Positions 62,861 through 64,000 of a stretch of DNA of 64,000 nt are shown here, piece by piece (within the stretch, counting starts at the first letter, position 1; each line of letters opens with the position of its first letter). A program made the translations under genes and the position numbers. The notes under the pieces are model-generated. The model had not been told where the DNA came from. It searched no databases and worked only from the letters and a program-made list of their open reading frames with translations. Source of the DNA: Eledone cirrhosa (Eukaryota); NCBI GenBank assembly GCA_964016885.1, contig OZ024745.1:15810001-15874000 (forward strand). The letters run 5' to 3'.

Positions 62861-63460
62861 GGAACTTAGAAGGCCAAGGCTAAACAGAAAAAAATCAATG
62901 GAATAACAACAACACCCAAACAAACAATACTGACCAAAGAGAAGTATAAATAAAAAAAAAAAAAATACATACACAAGCACAATAACAACAAACACATATA
63001 AACACACACTAGTAAACTAAGATAGAATACAATAACCAATACACAGTCACCCAAACACTATACACACATGCAAACGCATGCGCAGAGAAGAAGACAACAA
63101 TAATAAATAAATAAATAAACAGACTAAATAAAGATGGCGTAGGCATACAATACAACAGGAGGAAACATAATAGCACCACTGACGATGTTGCAGATGTGCA
63201 ACGAAAGAACTTTGTTAGACTATATATATGTGTTTGTGTCTATATTATATCTGTATTTTTGACCGTTGGTCAGTCAATGGAAACATTGAGGACCGAATAA
63301 ATTAAATTAACCGATATAAAAGACACAAAAGCGAAAACCAACCAAACAGTGAGTGTGTTCTGTTATTAATTCTGGCAATATTATTACACAAATATGACCC
63401 TCCCCATGTATAACAATATTTGTTTCGACACACGATTTCATACCAAAAATCTCGCAAAAC
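62860..63460 (+). mobile_element. Pseudo-LTR of a related Penelope subfamily, with hammerhead (63171-63216) and ORF start
   Basis: GCATGCGCA, AAGATGGCGTAGG, CTGACGA-tGTTGCA gatg TGCAAC-GAAAGAACT; MTLPMYNNICFDTRFHTKNLAK resembles MTLPKYNNIGFNTRFQIKNLAK. Confidence 0.8.
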
Positions 63461-63514
63461 TATATATATATATAGTTATAGGAATAACCAAAGAGTGCTT
63501 AGAAATACATTGTT

Positions 63515-63572
63515 TTATTAGCTAACAGTGTTTCATCCATACACCATGGCAGGAATCATCAGGGCCTATAAA
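63515..63572 (-). ncRNA. Hammerhead-like motif
   Basis: Minus strand: TAGGCC-CTGATGA-TTCC...GGAT-GAAACACTGTTA-GCTA. Confidence 0.45.
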
Positions 63573-63712
63573 CAAGAGTATATCAATAGTTGCATGCGCC
63601 ATCGAGCTGCGTCACCAGAACAAGGTTAAAGGACCAGCAGGCATATTGATATATTTGTCAACGAAACTATATATATGTATATATATATGTATGTATATGT
63701 ATTCATATATAT

Positions 63713-63921
63713 ATATATGAATGTATATATAGTGTATTTGGAAATACACTGTATGCTTAATTAAAAGCATTTTGAAGACCTTACGCTATTGTTTTAAAGT
63801 AGTGACTATGTCACTTACTTCTTTTTTCAACAAACAAAGAAAACAATAGCGTAATGTCTTCAACATGCTTTTAATTAAGGATACAGTGTATTACCAAATA
63901 CACTATATATACATTCATATA
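63713..63921. mobile_element. Palindromic MITE (about 80-bp arms)
   Basis: 63713-63795 is the reverse complement of 63840-63921 with few mismatches. Confidence 0.78.
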
Positions 63922-64000
63922 TACATCGCTATTTCAGAGCACCAATTCTAATTTTCAATTTTTGCTGGACTGGCAACCGCTCTGTATAATCAGTTCCTGA

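Overview
Repeat-dense eukaryotic DNA, almost certainly an octopod cephalopod (Meta-domain SINEs, an octopus-type SINE remnant, very high microsatellite load). No intact host gene is evident. The first 26 kb is dominated by a Tx1-clade (L1-group, APE+RT) non-LTR retrotransposon family. Five of its six copies sit in (TATC)n/(GATA)n microsatellite in the same polarity: one full-length copy on + (842-6613) and a head-to-tail array of five on - (12760-25772). Main new observation: in these diverged copies ORF2 is bracketed by a conserved AG|GTAAGT donor at the end of ORF1 and a pyrimidine-rich TAG|G acceptor that is the ORF2 stop codon, so ORF2 looks like a facultative intron. Both full-length copies also carry a short GT-AG intron-like segment in the 5' UTR. 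One array member has an apparent 81-109 bp target-site duplication. The rest holds Penelope-like elements with about a dozen minimal hammerhead ribozyme motifs, CRE/CR1/RTE fragments, a mariner with a nested hAT MITE, non-autonomous Helitrons, MITEs, SINEs and satellites. All calls come from reading the sequence; no searches were run.
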